From assembly GCA_944351415.1 (NCBI GenBank), contig CALVPQ010000003.1, forward strand, positions 977 to 64,976: a stretch of 64,000 nt of DNA, in the 5' to 3' direction. Every line of letters starts with the position of its first letter. Position 1 is the first letter of the stretch. The notes under the pieces are model-generated. The model did not search any database and was not told the origin of the DNA. It saw nothing but the letters and a program-made list of their open reading frames with translations. Both the position numbers and the translations under genes were made by a program. Below are positions 29,706 to 37,891 of this stretch, piece after piece. The DNA is from an uncultured Clostridia bacterium (lineage in GTDB: Bacteria; Bacillota; Clostridia; Christensenellales; UBA1242).

Positions 29706-30041
29706 CTACGTTTTATTTTCCTTTATATAAGCTTGCAAGATTTGAAGAACAAGCAAGGATAATAAGCAATAATACTTCACTTTTGTATCATTAGACTTAG
29801 AGAATATATTTAGCAAAATACTTTCATATCTGCCATCAAAAATAAAATTTTTATCTTCATTCCAAGAATCTTTTTCTGTTTCTAAATTGTAACCTTTTTC
29901 TAAATTATAAATTTGATTTAAAAGTTCTTCATGACACAACATTAAATCAAGCCCTTCAATGTTTTCAAGTTTTATAAAGGAAGGAACTAAAGTTTCTTTA
30001 AAACAATTTAAAATCCTTTTTTCGCTTTTATTAAGTTTCAT
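29706..30041 (-). CDS. Hypothetical protein
   Basis: This 111-aa ORF lies 12 nt downstream of hflX in the same orientation. I recognise no motifs. Confidence 0.4.
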   Translation of the reverse strand: MKLNKSEKRILNCFKETLVPSFIKLENIEGLDLMLCHEELLNQIYNLEKGYNLETEKDSWNEDKNFIFDGRYESILLNIFSKSNDTKVKYYCLLSLLVLQILQAYIKENKT

Positions 30042-30053
30042 GTTTTTTAGCCT

Positions 30054-31163
30054 TTACTTATTAAACAGATTTTGACTGATTTTGCTAAGCAAGATGTCTA
30101 TTCCACGTTTTGTTTTTGTGGACACTAGAACTTCGTTGTCTTGTATCAAAAGCGGTTTTGTTAAAAGGTCGGCTTTGTTGTATACAACAATTCTATTTTT
30201 TGTTGCACCAAGTTTGTCTAGAAGCTGGTTTGTTACACGCATATTGGCTTGATACTCATGTTCGCCATTTTCTTCATTCATTAAAGATATATCAACAACG
30301 TGAAGTAATAGGTCGGCATCAACAGCTTCTTCAAGAGTTGAAGAAAAGGCATCTACAAGCTGGTGTGGAAGGTCACTGATAAAGCCAACGGTATCGGTTA
30401 TCACCGCATGATTGCCATCAAGATAAAGTTTCCTTGTTGTGGTATCTAAGGTTGCAAAGTAACGGTCATCTGCATAGATGTCTTCTTTTACTAGCAAGTT
30501 TAAAAGGCTTGATTTGCCTGCATTGGTATAGCCTACAAGAGCTATCTTAGGCACTTGCGAATCAAGACGCTCTCTTCTTGTGGACTGTCTTTGCTTTTTA
30601 AATTTTTCTATTTGGCTTTTAATATTATCCATTTCTCTTACTATAACACGTCTGTTAAGTTCTAGTTTAGTTTCACCCGGTCCACGCATACCAACACCGC
30701 CACTGCCAAAACGTCCGCTTGTGCCTTGCATATCTGCAAGTCTTGGCAAAATATAAAGGTCTTGTGCAAGCTTAACTTGAAGTTTTGCTTCCTTAGTTTT
30801 TGCTCTGCCTGCAAATATGTCGATAATAAGACCTATTCTATCAAGCACTTTAACACCAAATTCTTTTGACAAGTTTTTCATTTGAGAGCCACTTAGTGCG
30901 TAGTCCACAATAACAACATCTATAATCTCTTCACAATTATTTATATAGTCTTTAATCTCTTGAACCTTTCCACTGCCAAGCACTGTTGCTTTATTGAAAT
31001 CTTTGATTATTTGATAGAAATCTTTAACAACATTTAAGCCCGCAGAAATAGAAAGGCGAGTTATCTCGTCTAGTTTTCGCTTCAGTGCATCACCTTTTTT
31101 AGTGCAAACAGCAACAACTATTGCATTCTCTTGCTCTTTTTGTGTATTTATCATCTTTTCCAT
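30054..31163 (-). CDS. hflX: GTPase HflX
   Basis: G1 is VGYTNAGKSSLLN, G3 is DTVGFI, and G4 is NKAD. An HflX-type N-terminal domain (glycine-rich GSGGVGMRGPGETKLE) is present. Confidence 0.85.
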   Translation of the reverse strand: MEKMINTQKEQENAIVVAVCTKKGDALKRKLDEITRLSISAGLNVVKDFYQIIKDFNKATVLGSGKVQEIKDYINNCEEIIDVVIVDYALSGSQMKNLSKEFGVKVLDRIGLIIDIFAGRAKTKEAKLQVKLAQDLYILPRLADMQGTSGRFGSGGVGMRGPGETKLELNRRVIVREMDNIKSQIEKFKKQRQSTRRERLDSQVPKIALVGYTNAGKSSLLNLLVKEDIYADDRYFATLDTTTRKLYLDGNHAVITDTVGFISDLPHQLVDAFSSTLEEAVDADLLLHVVDISLMNEENGEHEYQANMRVTNQLLDKLGATKNRIVVYNKADLLTKPLLIQDNEVLVSTKTKRGIDILLSKISQNLFNK

Positions 31164-31169
31164 AAATTA

Positions 31170-31198
31170 ATTATATCAAACTTAATTTATTTTGTAAA
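31170..31198 (-). promoter_or_regulatory. hflX promoter positioned for a leaderless transcript
   Basis: On the minus strand, TTTACA (31193-31198) is separated by 17 nt from TATAAT (31170-31175). Only 6 nt (TAATTT) lie before ATG 31163, and there is no SD. Confidence 0.6.
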
Positions 31199-31261
31199 TA
31201 AAAATTTTCATATTTTAAATTGGTTCAAAAATAAGTTTAAATAAATATTACAAGTAAAAGA

Positions 31262-31352
31262 GCAATCGGAAGTGCGAGCTTTTAAGCTCGCCAAAGAAAG
31301 TGTAAGCTTTCTTTGAAAATTTTTAAGGACTTAAAAATTTACTTCCGATTGC
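31262..31352. other. 91-nt four-way-junction hairpin element (candidate structured RNA or complex terminator)
   Basis: A 12-bp outer stem pairs 31262-31273 with 31341-31352. It encloses three perfect hairpins: 31274-31291 (7 bp), 31292-31315 (9 bp) and 31317-31340 (10-11 bp). At most one linker nucleotide separates the helices. Confidence 0.6.
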
Positions 31353-31432
31353 CGTTTGCTTGCAATATACTAACTTTAAATATTGTTATATAAAATTTTA
31401 ATTCATTTTTTTATAAGTCAATTTAATAAAAA

Positions 31433-32092
31433 TCACCCTACAAGCACTTCTCCACTATTTATATCAATAACAACGTTGACAACTTCATTATTTTGCCCAA
31501 CAATAGAAAAATACCAAAATAAATCGTCAAAGTTGTCATTTTGTTCGGTCAACACTTTAAGGTAGCACTCGCCCCTAAAATTATTTCCTTCATAAAAACT
31601 ATCAAGCCTTTCACCTAGACTATTCTTTGCTATCTCTAGTGCCTGAGCCCAAGAGACAACAAAATTATCACTAACATTACTAAATGATACTGTATAATCT
31701 TGATAGGTTATAATTATATTTTCATCTTTTTCAAGTGCATAGCCAAGGTCAGCCATATACTGATGGTTTACAGGATTAAGATACATAATAAAATCTTGCT
31801 CTTCACCATTTATAGTAAGCCTAGTTATTATCTCCTCCTCTTCAAGTGGTTGATTAAAATTTAATACAAAAAGAGAAAAATCACATAATGGACGATGAAC
31901 TCCATCTATGATATAAGGTTCTTCTCTTTGTCCAATGCTGATAGATGCACTGACTGTTCCATTTGAATCACTGCCTTGATAGTATATCTTTGTTATTTCG
32001 CTTATATTATCTTCTAAATCTTTACTCTCACCACAGCTAATAAGCAAAAGTGGACATAATAACATAAATGAAAATAAAAATATTTTTTTCAT
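31433..32092 (-). CDS. Lipoprotein with PepSY-like C-terminus
   Basis: It has a signal peptide plus lipobox (LLISC). The C-terminal ALEIAKNSLG...VVIDINSGEVL resembles a PepSY domain. Confidence 0.5.
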   Translation of the reverse strand: MKKIFLFSFMLLCPLLLISCGESKDLEDNISEITKIYYQGSDSNGTVSASISIGQREEPYIIDGVHRPLCDFSLFVLNFNQPLEEEEIITRLTINGEEQDFIMYLNPVNHQYMADLGYALEKDENIIITYQDYTVSFSNVSDNFVVSWAQALEIAKNSLGERLDSFYEGNNFRGECYLKVLTEQNDNFDDLFWYFSIVGQNNEVVNVVIDINSGEVLVG

Positions 32093-32163
32093 AATTGCTC
32101 CTTGCTATATCATTATGTTGGTTTTTTATAAAAAATGTGTTAAAATCATATTAAGGTGAAATT

Positions 32164-33081
32164 ATGAATAATCTTAAATATTATATTGATAAAGCATTAA
32201 AGGAACATTTTGCATTAGGTGCAATGAATTTTAATAATATGGAGTCGCTTCAAGGCATTATGCAGGCATGCATAAATACAAAAGCCCCTGCTATAATTTC
32301 TATAAGTGAAGGAGCATTATCATATATGGGCGAAGACTTTGCTGTTGGACTTGCAAAAATTTGCAAAGAGAAATTTCCATATCTATTTTTACACCTTGAC
32401 CATGGAAAAAGTTTTGAAGTGTGCAAAAGAGCCGTTGACTTAGGTTTTGACAGTGTTATGATTGATGGCAGTGGTTTGTCATTTAAAGAAAATATTGCCC
32501 TTACAAAAAAAGTATGCGAATATGCACATAAGTTTGATGTTCTAGTTGAAGGCGAACTTGGACAAATTAAAGGGATTGAAGATAATGTTTCTTCTGCTAG
32601 TCAACACTATACTGACCCTATTAAAGCAAAAGAATTTGTTGAAAAGACAGATGTTGATACCCTAGCTGTTGCTATTGGCACAAGTCATGGAGCTTATAAA
32701 TATAGTGGCAAGCAAACTTTACGTTTTGATATTCTTGAAGAAATTGAAAAATTGCTACCTAATTTTCCACTTGTCTTGCATGGTGCTTCAACGGTTGATG
32801 AAGAATTAGTTGATACCATAAATGATTTTGGCGGAGAACTTGAAAAAGCTGTAGGAATACCTAAAGAATTGTTGCAAAAAGCGGTTAAAGAACATAACAT
32901 TATAAAAATTAATACAGATACCGACATAAGACTTGCCATGACATCTAAGGTAAGACAAGTTTTAATGCAAGAACCTAAAGAATTTGACCCAAGAAAATAC
33001 CTCAAACCAGGAAGAGAAAAAATAACCGAGATTATAACAGACAAAATAAATAATATTTTCTTTGCTAATAATCAAATTTAA
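32164..33081 (+). CDS. fba: Class II fructose-1,6-bisphosphate aldolase
   Basis: The motifs LHLDHG, VMIDGS, EGELG, AIGTSHGAYK and LVLHGAS are present. The SD is AAGGTGA. Confidence 0.9.
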   Translation: MNNLKYYIDKALKEHFALGAMNFNNMESLQGIMQACINTKAPAIISISEGALSYMGEDFAVGLAKICKEKFPYLFLHLDHGKSFEVCKRAVDLGFDSVMIDGSGLSFKENIALTKKVCEYAHKFDVLVEGELGQIKGIEDNVSSASQHYTDPIKAKEFVEKTDVDTLAVAIGTSHGAYKYSGKQTLRFDILEEIEKLLPNFPLVLHGASTVDEELVDTINDFGGELEKAVGIPKELLQKAVKEHNIIKINTDTDIRLAMTSKVRQVLMQEPKEFDPRKYLKPGREKITEIITDKINNIFFANNQI

Positions 33082-33106
33082 AAGTTTAATTTTATTTATT
33101 ATAAAA

Positions 33107-33128
33107 AGTGCCTAAGTTTAAGGCACTT
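33107..33128. terminator. Bidirectional terminator between fba and spoIIID
   Basis: The stem AGTGCCT / AGGCACT has A-rich and T-rich flanks. Confidence 0.6.
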
Positions 33129-33133
33129 TATTT

Positions 33134-33400
33134 TTATTCTATTTCATGTTCTTCAAGTTCTTGATATTTCCGTTTGGTTGCTTGCCCACCACGAATATGT
33201 TTTTCAGCAAAATTTTCGTCTAGAATGGCCTTTGTCTGTTCATATAGATGGTAATCTAAATTTTTTAGTTTAATTGAAACATCATGATGTATGGTGCTTT
33301 TGCTGTAGCCATATATCCTTGCAGTTTTTCTTATTGTGTCGTGTGTCTTTAAAATATGATTTGCAACACTATAAATCCGCTCAACTAAATCTTCTTTCAT
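33134..33400 (-). CDS. spoIIID: Stage III sporulation protein D (transcription regulator)
   Basis: The 88-aa product has the HTH IRKTARIYGYSKSTIHHDV and the C-terminal basic HIRGGQATKRKY, as in SpoIIID. The SD is GGAGGG. Confidence 0.85.
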   Translation of the reverse strand: MKEDLVERIYSVANHILKTHDTIRKTARIYGYSKSTIHHDVSIKLKNLDYHLYEQTKAILDENFAEKHIRGGQATKRKYQELEEHEIE

Positions 33401-33413
33401 TTAGCCCTCCACT

Positions 33414-33421
33414 ATTGTATG
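33414..33421 (-). promoter_or_regulatory. Sigma-E-like -10 element upstream of spoIIID
   Basis: On the minus strand, CATACAAT matches the sigma-E -10 consensus CATACA-T exactly. It lies 13 nt upstream of the ATG. The -35 (ACATAGA, about 19 nt upstream) is a weaker match. Confidence 0.35.
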
Positions 33422-33470
33422 CTATGAAAGAAGCTTAAGTTCTATGTCTAATTTTGTAGAATTTTGAAAA

Positions 33471-33501
33471 ATAAAAAAGACCTAAATTCGCTCTTAGGTC
33501 T
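33471..33501 (-). terminator. Intrinsic terminator after acpP
   Basis: The stem AGACCTAA / TTAGGTCT (33478-33485 / 33494-33501) is followed by a U-run on the minus strand. Confidence 0.7.
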
Positions 33502-33541
33502 TTAAAATTAGCTTTTTTGCACTAAAATAAGTCTATAAATT

Positions 33542-33784
33542 TTATTTATTGTTTTTTGTATATTCATCTATCACTTTGACAATTTGTGGAATAGTTTTAA
33601 GTTCTTCAAGTTTTTCATCAGGAATAGAAACCTTAAATTCATCTTCAAATGTCATTAAAAGTTCTACAATATCAAGTGAATCAGCCCCTAAATCTTCCAC
33701 AACGTTTGCATCATCTGCAATATCGTCTGTTGAAATGCATAATTGTTCAGCGATTATTTTTTTCACCTTATCAATAGTGTTCAT
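33542..33784 (-). CDS. acpP: Acyl carrier protein
   Basis: The 80-aa product has the phosphopantetheine site LGADSLDIVELLMTFEDEF. The SD is GGAGG. Confidence 0.9.
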   Translation of the reverse strand: MNTIDKVKKIIAEQLCISTDDIADDANVVEDLGADSLDIVELLMTFEDEFKVSIPDEKLEELKTIPQIVKVIDEYTKNNK

Positions 33785-33836
33785 AAATAAACCTCCAAAA
33801 GTATTATAACATAATTAGCTTTAATAACAAAATAAA

Positions 33837-33865
33837 ATGCGATAATTTATAAAATTTTATCGCAT
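33837..33865 (-). terminator. Intrinsic terminator after the M23 peptidase gene
   Basis: A 9-bp stem ATGCGATAA / TTATCGCAT is followed on the minus strand by TTTATTTTGTT. Confidence 0.65.
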
Positions 33866-33929
33866 TAGATTATTTTTTTATTTATAACTTATATTCACCT
33901 TTATTTATAAGGGATATAGCTATTTTTTG

Positions 33930-34493
33930 TTATTTAGCTTGCAAACTTAAATAATCATTAGGGTCTACATACTCATCATTTAGCAGTAAGGTGAAATGTA
34001 GATGTGAGCCTAAATCAAGTTCTCCAGAAGCACTTTCGCTTGCCTCACCAATTTTTTCACCAGCCGTTATTTCATCAAGTTCTTTAACATCAACAGTTTC
34101 TGATAGTGATGAATATACTGAAACAAACCCATCAGAATGCTCAATAGTGACTGTATAACCATTGATATAGTCATAATCAATACTTGCTACAGTGCCATCA
34201 AGAATTGCATATACATCGCTATTTTCTGATGTTAAATCAACAGCAAGGTGTGCCTCCCATTGATTTAAAGTTGCATTCTCTTGAAGCTCTGTGTTAGAGA
34301 AATCCTTGACTATAGTGGCATTTTCCATTGGAAGCATAAAATTTAAGTTTGTTACACCAGTTGGAACACTTCCATTTAATGCAGCGATAAGCGTAAAGGT
34401 AAGTGCCACGGCAAATACAACAACTCCTACTGCCATATACAATCCATACTTCTTTAGAAACTCAATAAACTTATTTTCTTTTCCGATTTCCAT
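33930..34493 (-). CDS. Membrane-anchored M23/LytM peptidase (SpoIIQ-like)
   Basis: It has an N-terminal TM segment and a LytM domain with intact HxxxD (HLAVD) and HxH (HLHF). It lies close to spoIIID. Confidence 0.6.
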   Translation of the reverse strand: MEIGKENKFIEFLKKYGLYMAVGVVVFAVALTFTLIAALNGSVPTGVTNLNFMLPMENATIVKDFSNTELQENATLNQWEAHLAVDLTSENSDVYAILDGTVASIDYDYINGYTVTIEHSDGFVSVYSSLSETVDVKELDEITAGEKIGEASESASGELDLGSHLHFTLLLNDEYVDPNDYLSLQAK

Positions 34494-34559
34494 ATTACCT
34501 CCTACACCATTTATTGACTAAAAAAAATGATTTATACATTAATTTTTAATTTTTATTAA

Positions 34560-35018
34560 TCAATAACCTGTTACAATTAAAGGGAAACCTAAAATCCAAC
34601 AATTATCAGAATGAACCAATTGAAAATTCACTTTTTTCCCTTTTAAATTGCAAAAATCATTGTAACCTGCATAATAGCCATAATAAACATCATAATTTTC
34701 CACTGCACCGCCTTGATAGATGTAATCAAAATACACACTGAAATCTTTTAATTTTTTATCTGGCTGATAATAAAAAACATAAGCTTCAATATCATTTTTA
34801 TCTATACTCTCAAGCATGATTTTATCTTTATCATTATTTTCAAAAGTATAATAATATTGTTCTCCGTTCTGACTTTCCAGGTTTAAGTTAGTATAGAATT
34901 TATCTGTAACTATAACTAACTGGTCATAAGTTTGAAATAAGGAAAAATCATCAATTTTAAAATATTTTATTGAAACAAGCAAAATTGCGACAATAAAAAA
35001 AGCAATCAATTTTTTCAT
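34560..35018 (-). CDS. Membrane-anchored protein, possibly YwmB/DUF1779-like
   Basis: It has an N-terminal TM segment. The C-terminal ...WILGFPLIVTGY resembles the ..lG.P.I..eY ending of YwmB-family proteins. This is a weak call. Confidence 0.3.
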   Translation of the reverse strand: MKKLIAFFIVAILLVSIKYFKIDDFSLFQTYDQLVIVTDKFYTNLNLESQNGEQYYYTFENNDKDKIMLESIDKNDIEAYVFYYQPDKKLKDFSVYFDYIYQGGAVENYDVYYGYYAGYNDFCNLKGKKVNFQLVHSDNCWILGFPLIVTGY

Positions 35019-35095
35019 AAAATAATGATTGCCTTTTTATTTTTTATTACACATATTAAATTGTCGGATTTATAAATAAATTTAAAATAAATATT

Positions 35096-35608
35096 CTATA
35101 AAACCATAAACACAAAACAAACGATTGCACCAGCAAGGCATACAGCAGACAAAATTGAGAGCAAGATTGTTTTATATCTTTCGTTTAATTTTTCAACACT
35201 TATCTCTTGTTTTTGCTTTTCTTTTTTTATTTTTTTCGCTTTCTTATTACCTTTAATTGCGGTAGGCTGAGTTGCATCTGCTTGGTTTTTAACTTCTTGT
35301 GACGATGTTTCAACTTCTTCTATATTTGTTTCAACCGTTTGAGCAAGGGTTTCTTTATCTTGTTCTTGCATTTTTTCTTTTAGTTCAGTTTTTGTTTGAT
35401 TTTCATAAGTTTTATCAGCTTGAGCTGTTTGAAAAGATTGCTCACTTACGTTTGGCTGTGAACTGACTTTAACATTTTCCTCTGGTTTATTTTCTGAAAC
35501 ATTTTCGCTTGTTGGTTTTATTATAGGACGTTTAGGCGGTTGTCTGACAATATTTGGTTTTTGCGGAATTGGACGTTTCGGTGGAACTGGTGGAATTTTT
35601 TTATCCAT
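35096..35608 (-). CDS. Pro/Lys-rich tail-anchored membrane protein
   Basis: The N-terminus is PPVPPKRPIPQKPNIVRQPPKRP. There is a single C-terminal TM segment (ILLSILSAVCLAGAIVCFVFMVL). Confidence 0.45.
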   Translation of the reverse strand: MDKKIPPVPPKRPIPQKPNIVRQPPKRPIIKPTSENVSENKPEENVKVSSQPNVSEQSFQTAQADKTYENQTKTELKEKMQEQDKETLAQTVETNIEEVETSSQEVKNQADATQPTAIKGNKKAKKIKKEKQKQEISVEKLNERYKTILLSILSAVCLAGAIVCFVFMVL

Positions 35609-35663
35609 AATTTTCTCCTTAATTTTATCTATAGGTAAATTTTAAAACCTTTTTATATTTTTG

Positions 35664-36221
35664 TCAAACATTTTCAAGTGGATTTGTTCCCCATATAGCT
35701 TCAACATCTAAAGATTGAGATAAACTTTCAAAAACTATAGATAAAATATATTTATTTTTCCCTATAAAAGCACTATCTTCCCCTACAACAACATAAGAAC
35801 ATAGTGCAACTTTAGTGTTTACACTTAAAAGCTCATTAAAATAATAATAGCCATCATCTTCATTATACGTCCAATTAATTGTTTCAACTATGCCCATTGT
35901 ATTCATTATATTATCGCCATTATAAACATAAACTTTAGCCCTGATATATAATGCCTCGCTATCATCACTATTTGTTATACCAACAATTTGTGGCAAATGT
36001 TCCCCCGGCAACAAAGAACCATCAAAGGTTAATGAAATAGATTGAGCTTGATTTTTTTTGATTGAGGTTGTTATGGTTTTTCCAAGCTCTAAATCAGTTG
36101 TATATGAAAGGTCATTTTTAAAAAACCACCCTGATGCGCCAAGATATGTGACTATTCCAAGAAGAATTAATAACCCACAACATGTAAATATCCAACCAAA
36201 ATTTGATTTATTTATTTTCAT
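35664..36221 (-). CDS. TasA/camelysin-like exported protein (SipW-type signal peptide family)
   Basis: The start was set at MKINKSNFGW (ATG 36221), because the longer ORF overlaps the upstream gene. LLPGEHLPQIVGITNSDDSEALYIRAKV and the terminal LDVEAIWGTNP resemble the TasA/CalY family pattern. There is no clear SD. Confidence 0.45.
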   Translation of the reverse strand: MKINKSNFGWIFTCCGLLILLGIVTYLGASGWFFKNDLSYTTDLELGKTITTSIKKNQAQSISLTFDGSLLPGEHLPQIVGITNSDDSEALYIRAKVYVYNGDNIMNTMGIVETINWTYNEDDGYYYFNELLSVNTKVALCSYVVVGEDSAFIGKNKYILSIVFESLSQSLDVEAIWGTNPLENV

Positions 36222-36243
36222 AATACTAGTTTGGTTGTTTGTT

Positions 36244-37818
36244 TTATAAATATTCTTTATATTTATTATTTTTTTGTTTATATCTACGTCGTTTTGCTCG
36301 TTCTTCTCTAAATCTATTAATTTGATTTTGTTTAAATATCGCACTTTCTTCAGCAAGCCTGTTTTTCTTGACTTGCCATTTATATTTTTTATTACCATAA
36401 GCCATATCATAAGATAGGATTGATAGGCCTTGCAAAAGATAGATATAATATGAGAAAAATCTCCATACTAAAAGCACTAAAACTAAAATATTGCCTTGAC
36501 CGATGACTGATGCAAATGCGGCTTGGAAAGATATTTCATTTAATCCTGTTCCACCTGGAAGAGGAAAGAAGGACGATGACAGGTCAACGAGCATAGACAT
36601 GACAAATAAGTTCATATACATACTGCCCTCTAGCCCTGGCATAAATAATTTTACTATAAAAAAAGGCATTGAATAATTGACTGTTAACTTTGCAAAACAT
36701 ATAAGAAACATCATTATGAAATCTTTGGGCGACTTCGCAAACTGTTTCATAACATCTTGAAAATCACTTATATATTTTGTTATTCTCTCATACTGTTTAT
36801 CATAATTTTTTATAAGTTTTATTTTATGAAGAAGTTTTAAAATCTTCACAACTATCTTTTTCCCTAAACTTTTGCAAACGGACAAAAATACTGTGACAAA
36901 AAGAATAATAAAACCTATCACAAAGCCAATTATACTTGTGACAGAAACAAAGGTGCTGAAATTATCATTTGTCCATGAGATAATAAGACAAATTAAACTC
37001 ATCACAACCCAAGCCATCTGATGAAATTCGTATTTTGCAAGCGGAATTGATAGTGAAGTGTGAAGTGGCATTCCCCTAGATTTCATGTATGATATTTGAA
37101 AAGGTTGTCCACCTGATGACATTGGTGTGACACTATCATAATATCTTCCAATACCAGCAACCTTATAAGATAGCCCTGGTTGCCATCTTCCTGTTGATTG
37201 TTTGACTAGATAACTTATAGCAAGTGTTTCAAAACCCATAGTTACTGCAAATAACAAGATAACAACAAAAAGATATGAAATGCTGAGCCTTATACCTTCT
37301 GTTTCTATCTCTTCCTTGGTAAGTTGATATGCAAGAATACCTGCAACAACAAGAATATTTACAATAAAAAAAACAAGTTTTAAAACTTTACTCTTTTTAC
37401 TATTATGTTTTGAAACAGACTGCTCGGCTTCATCAAGTTTTTTCCTTTGTTCTTTGATTGATGTTTGCTCTTCTTCGGTTATTTCTTTTTTTGAATTATT
37501 AAAAGTTGTATTAAGTTCTGCTTTTAATTCTTCTTTTATTTGATTTTCTTCATATTTTCTTAGCTTTTCTTCTTCTGTTTTTGTAAACTTTAGTTCTTCA
37601 TTTTTTGTTTGTGAGAACCTGTCTTCTTTTTGTGCTAAATCGTTTAATATTTTACTACTTATTTCTTTTTCTTCAACATTGTTTGAATTTTGAACATTTT
37701 GATTATCTATAAGCTCTGAATTATTTAAAAGGTCGTCAATATTTGATTGAACAAAAAAAGTTTCTTCTTTTTGAGAAGAGCCTTCTTTGTTTTTAGTTTC
37801 CACCTTTTTATTTTTCAT
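36244..37818 (-). CDS. Flippase-like (UPF0104 / LPG-synthase TM) membrane protein with long Lys/Glu-rich N-terminus
   Basis: A ~150-aa charged N-terminal region is followed by about 8 TM segments. GGQPFQISYMKSRGMP and FFPLPGGTGLNE are typical of the family. Confidence 0.55.
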   Translation of the reverse strand: MKNKKVETKNKEGSSQKEETFFVQSNIDDLLNNSELIDNQNVQNSNNVEEKEISSKILNDLAQKEDRFSQTKNEELKFTKTEEEKLRKYEENQIKEELKAELNTTFNNSKKEITEEEQTSIKEQRKKLDEAEQSVSKHNSKKSKVLKLVFFIVNILVVAGILAYQLTKEEIETEGIRLSISYLFVVILLFAVTMGFETLAISYLVKQSTGRWQPGLSYKVAGIGRYYDSVTPMSSGGQPFQISYMKSRGMPLHTSLSIPLAKYEFHQMAWVVMSLICLIISWTNDNFSTFVSVTSIIGFVIGFIILFVTVFLSVCKSLGKKIVVKILKLLHKIKLIKNYDKQYERITKYISDFQDVMKQFAKSPKDFIMMFLICFAKLTVNYSMPFFIVKLFMPGLEGSMYMNLFVMSMLVDLSSSFFPLPGGTGLNEISFQAAFASVIGQGNILVLVLLVWRFFSYYIYLLQGLSILSYDMAYGNKKYKWQVKKNRLAEESAIFKQNQINRFREERAKRRRYKQKNNKYKEYL

Positions 37819-37837
37819 GTATATATACTAGCAAAAA

Positions 37838-37865
37838 AGATACCTATTGTCAAGTAAAGGTATCT
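37838..37865 (-). terminator. Intrinsic terminator
   Basis: The stem AGATACCT / AGGTATCT is followed by a U-run on the minus strand. Confidence 0.65.
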
Positions 37866-37891
37866 TTTTCAAAAACTTGTTATGAAATATT

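Noticed and set aside
34494-34559. A sigma-F-type promoter upstream of the SpoIIQ-like gene (TGTATA ... AATAAAT).
   Set aside because: The -35-like TGTATA is present, but the -10 does not match GG-rA-A-T convincingly at the right spacing. It was left unannotated.
36222-36410. The 63-codon N-terminal extension of ORF 35664-36410.
   Set aside because: It overlaps the 3' end of the upstream gene (stop at 36244) and encodes a Lys/Asn-rich stretch. The signal-peptide-like sequence begins at the Met encoded at 36221.
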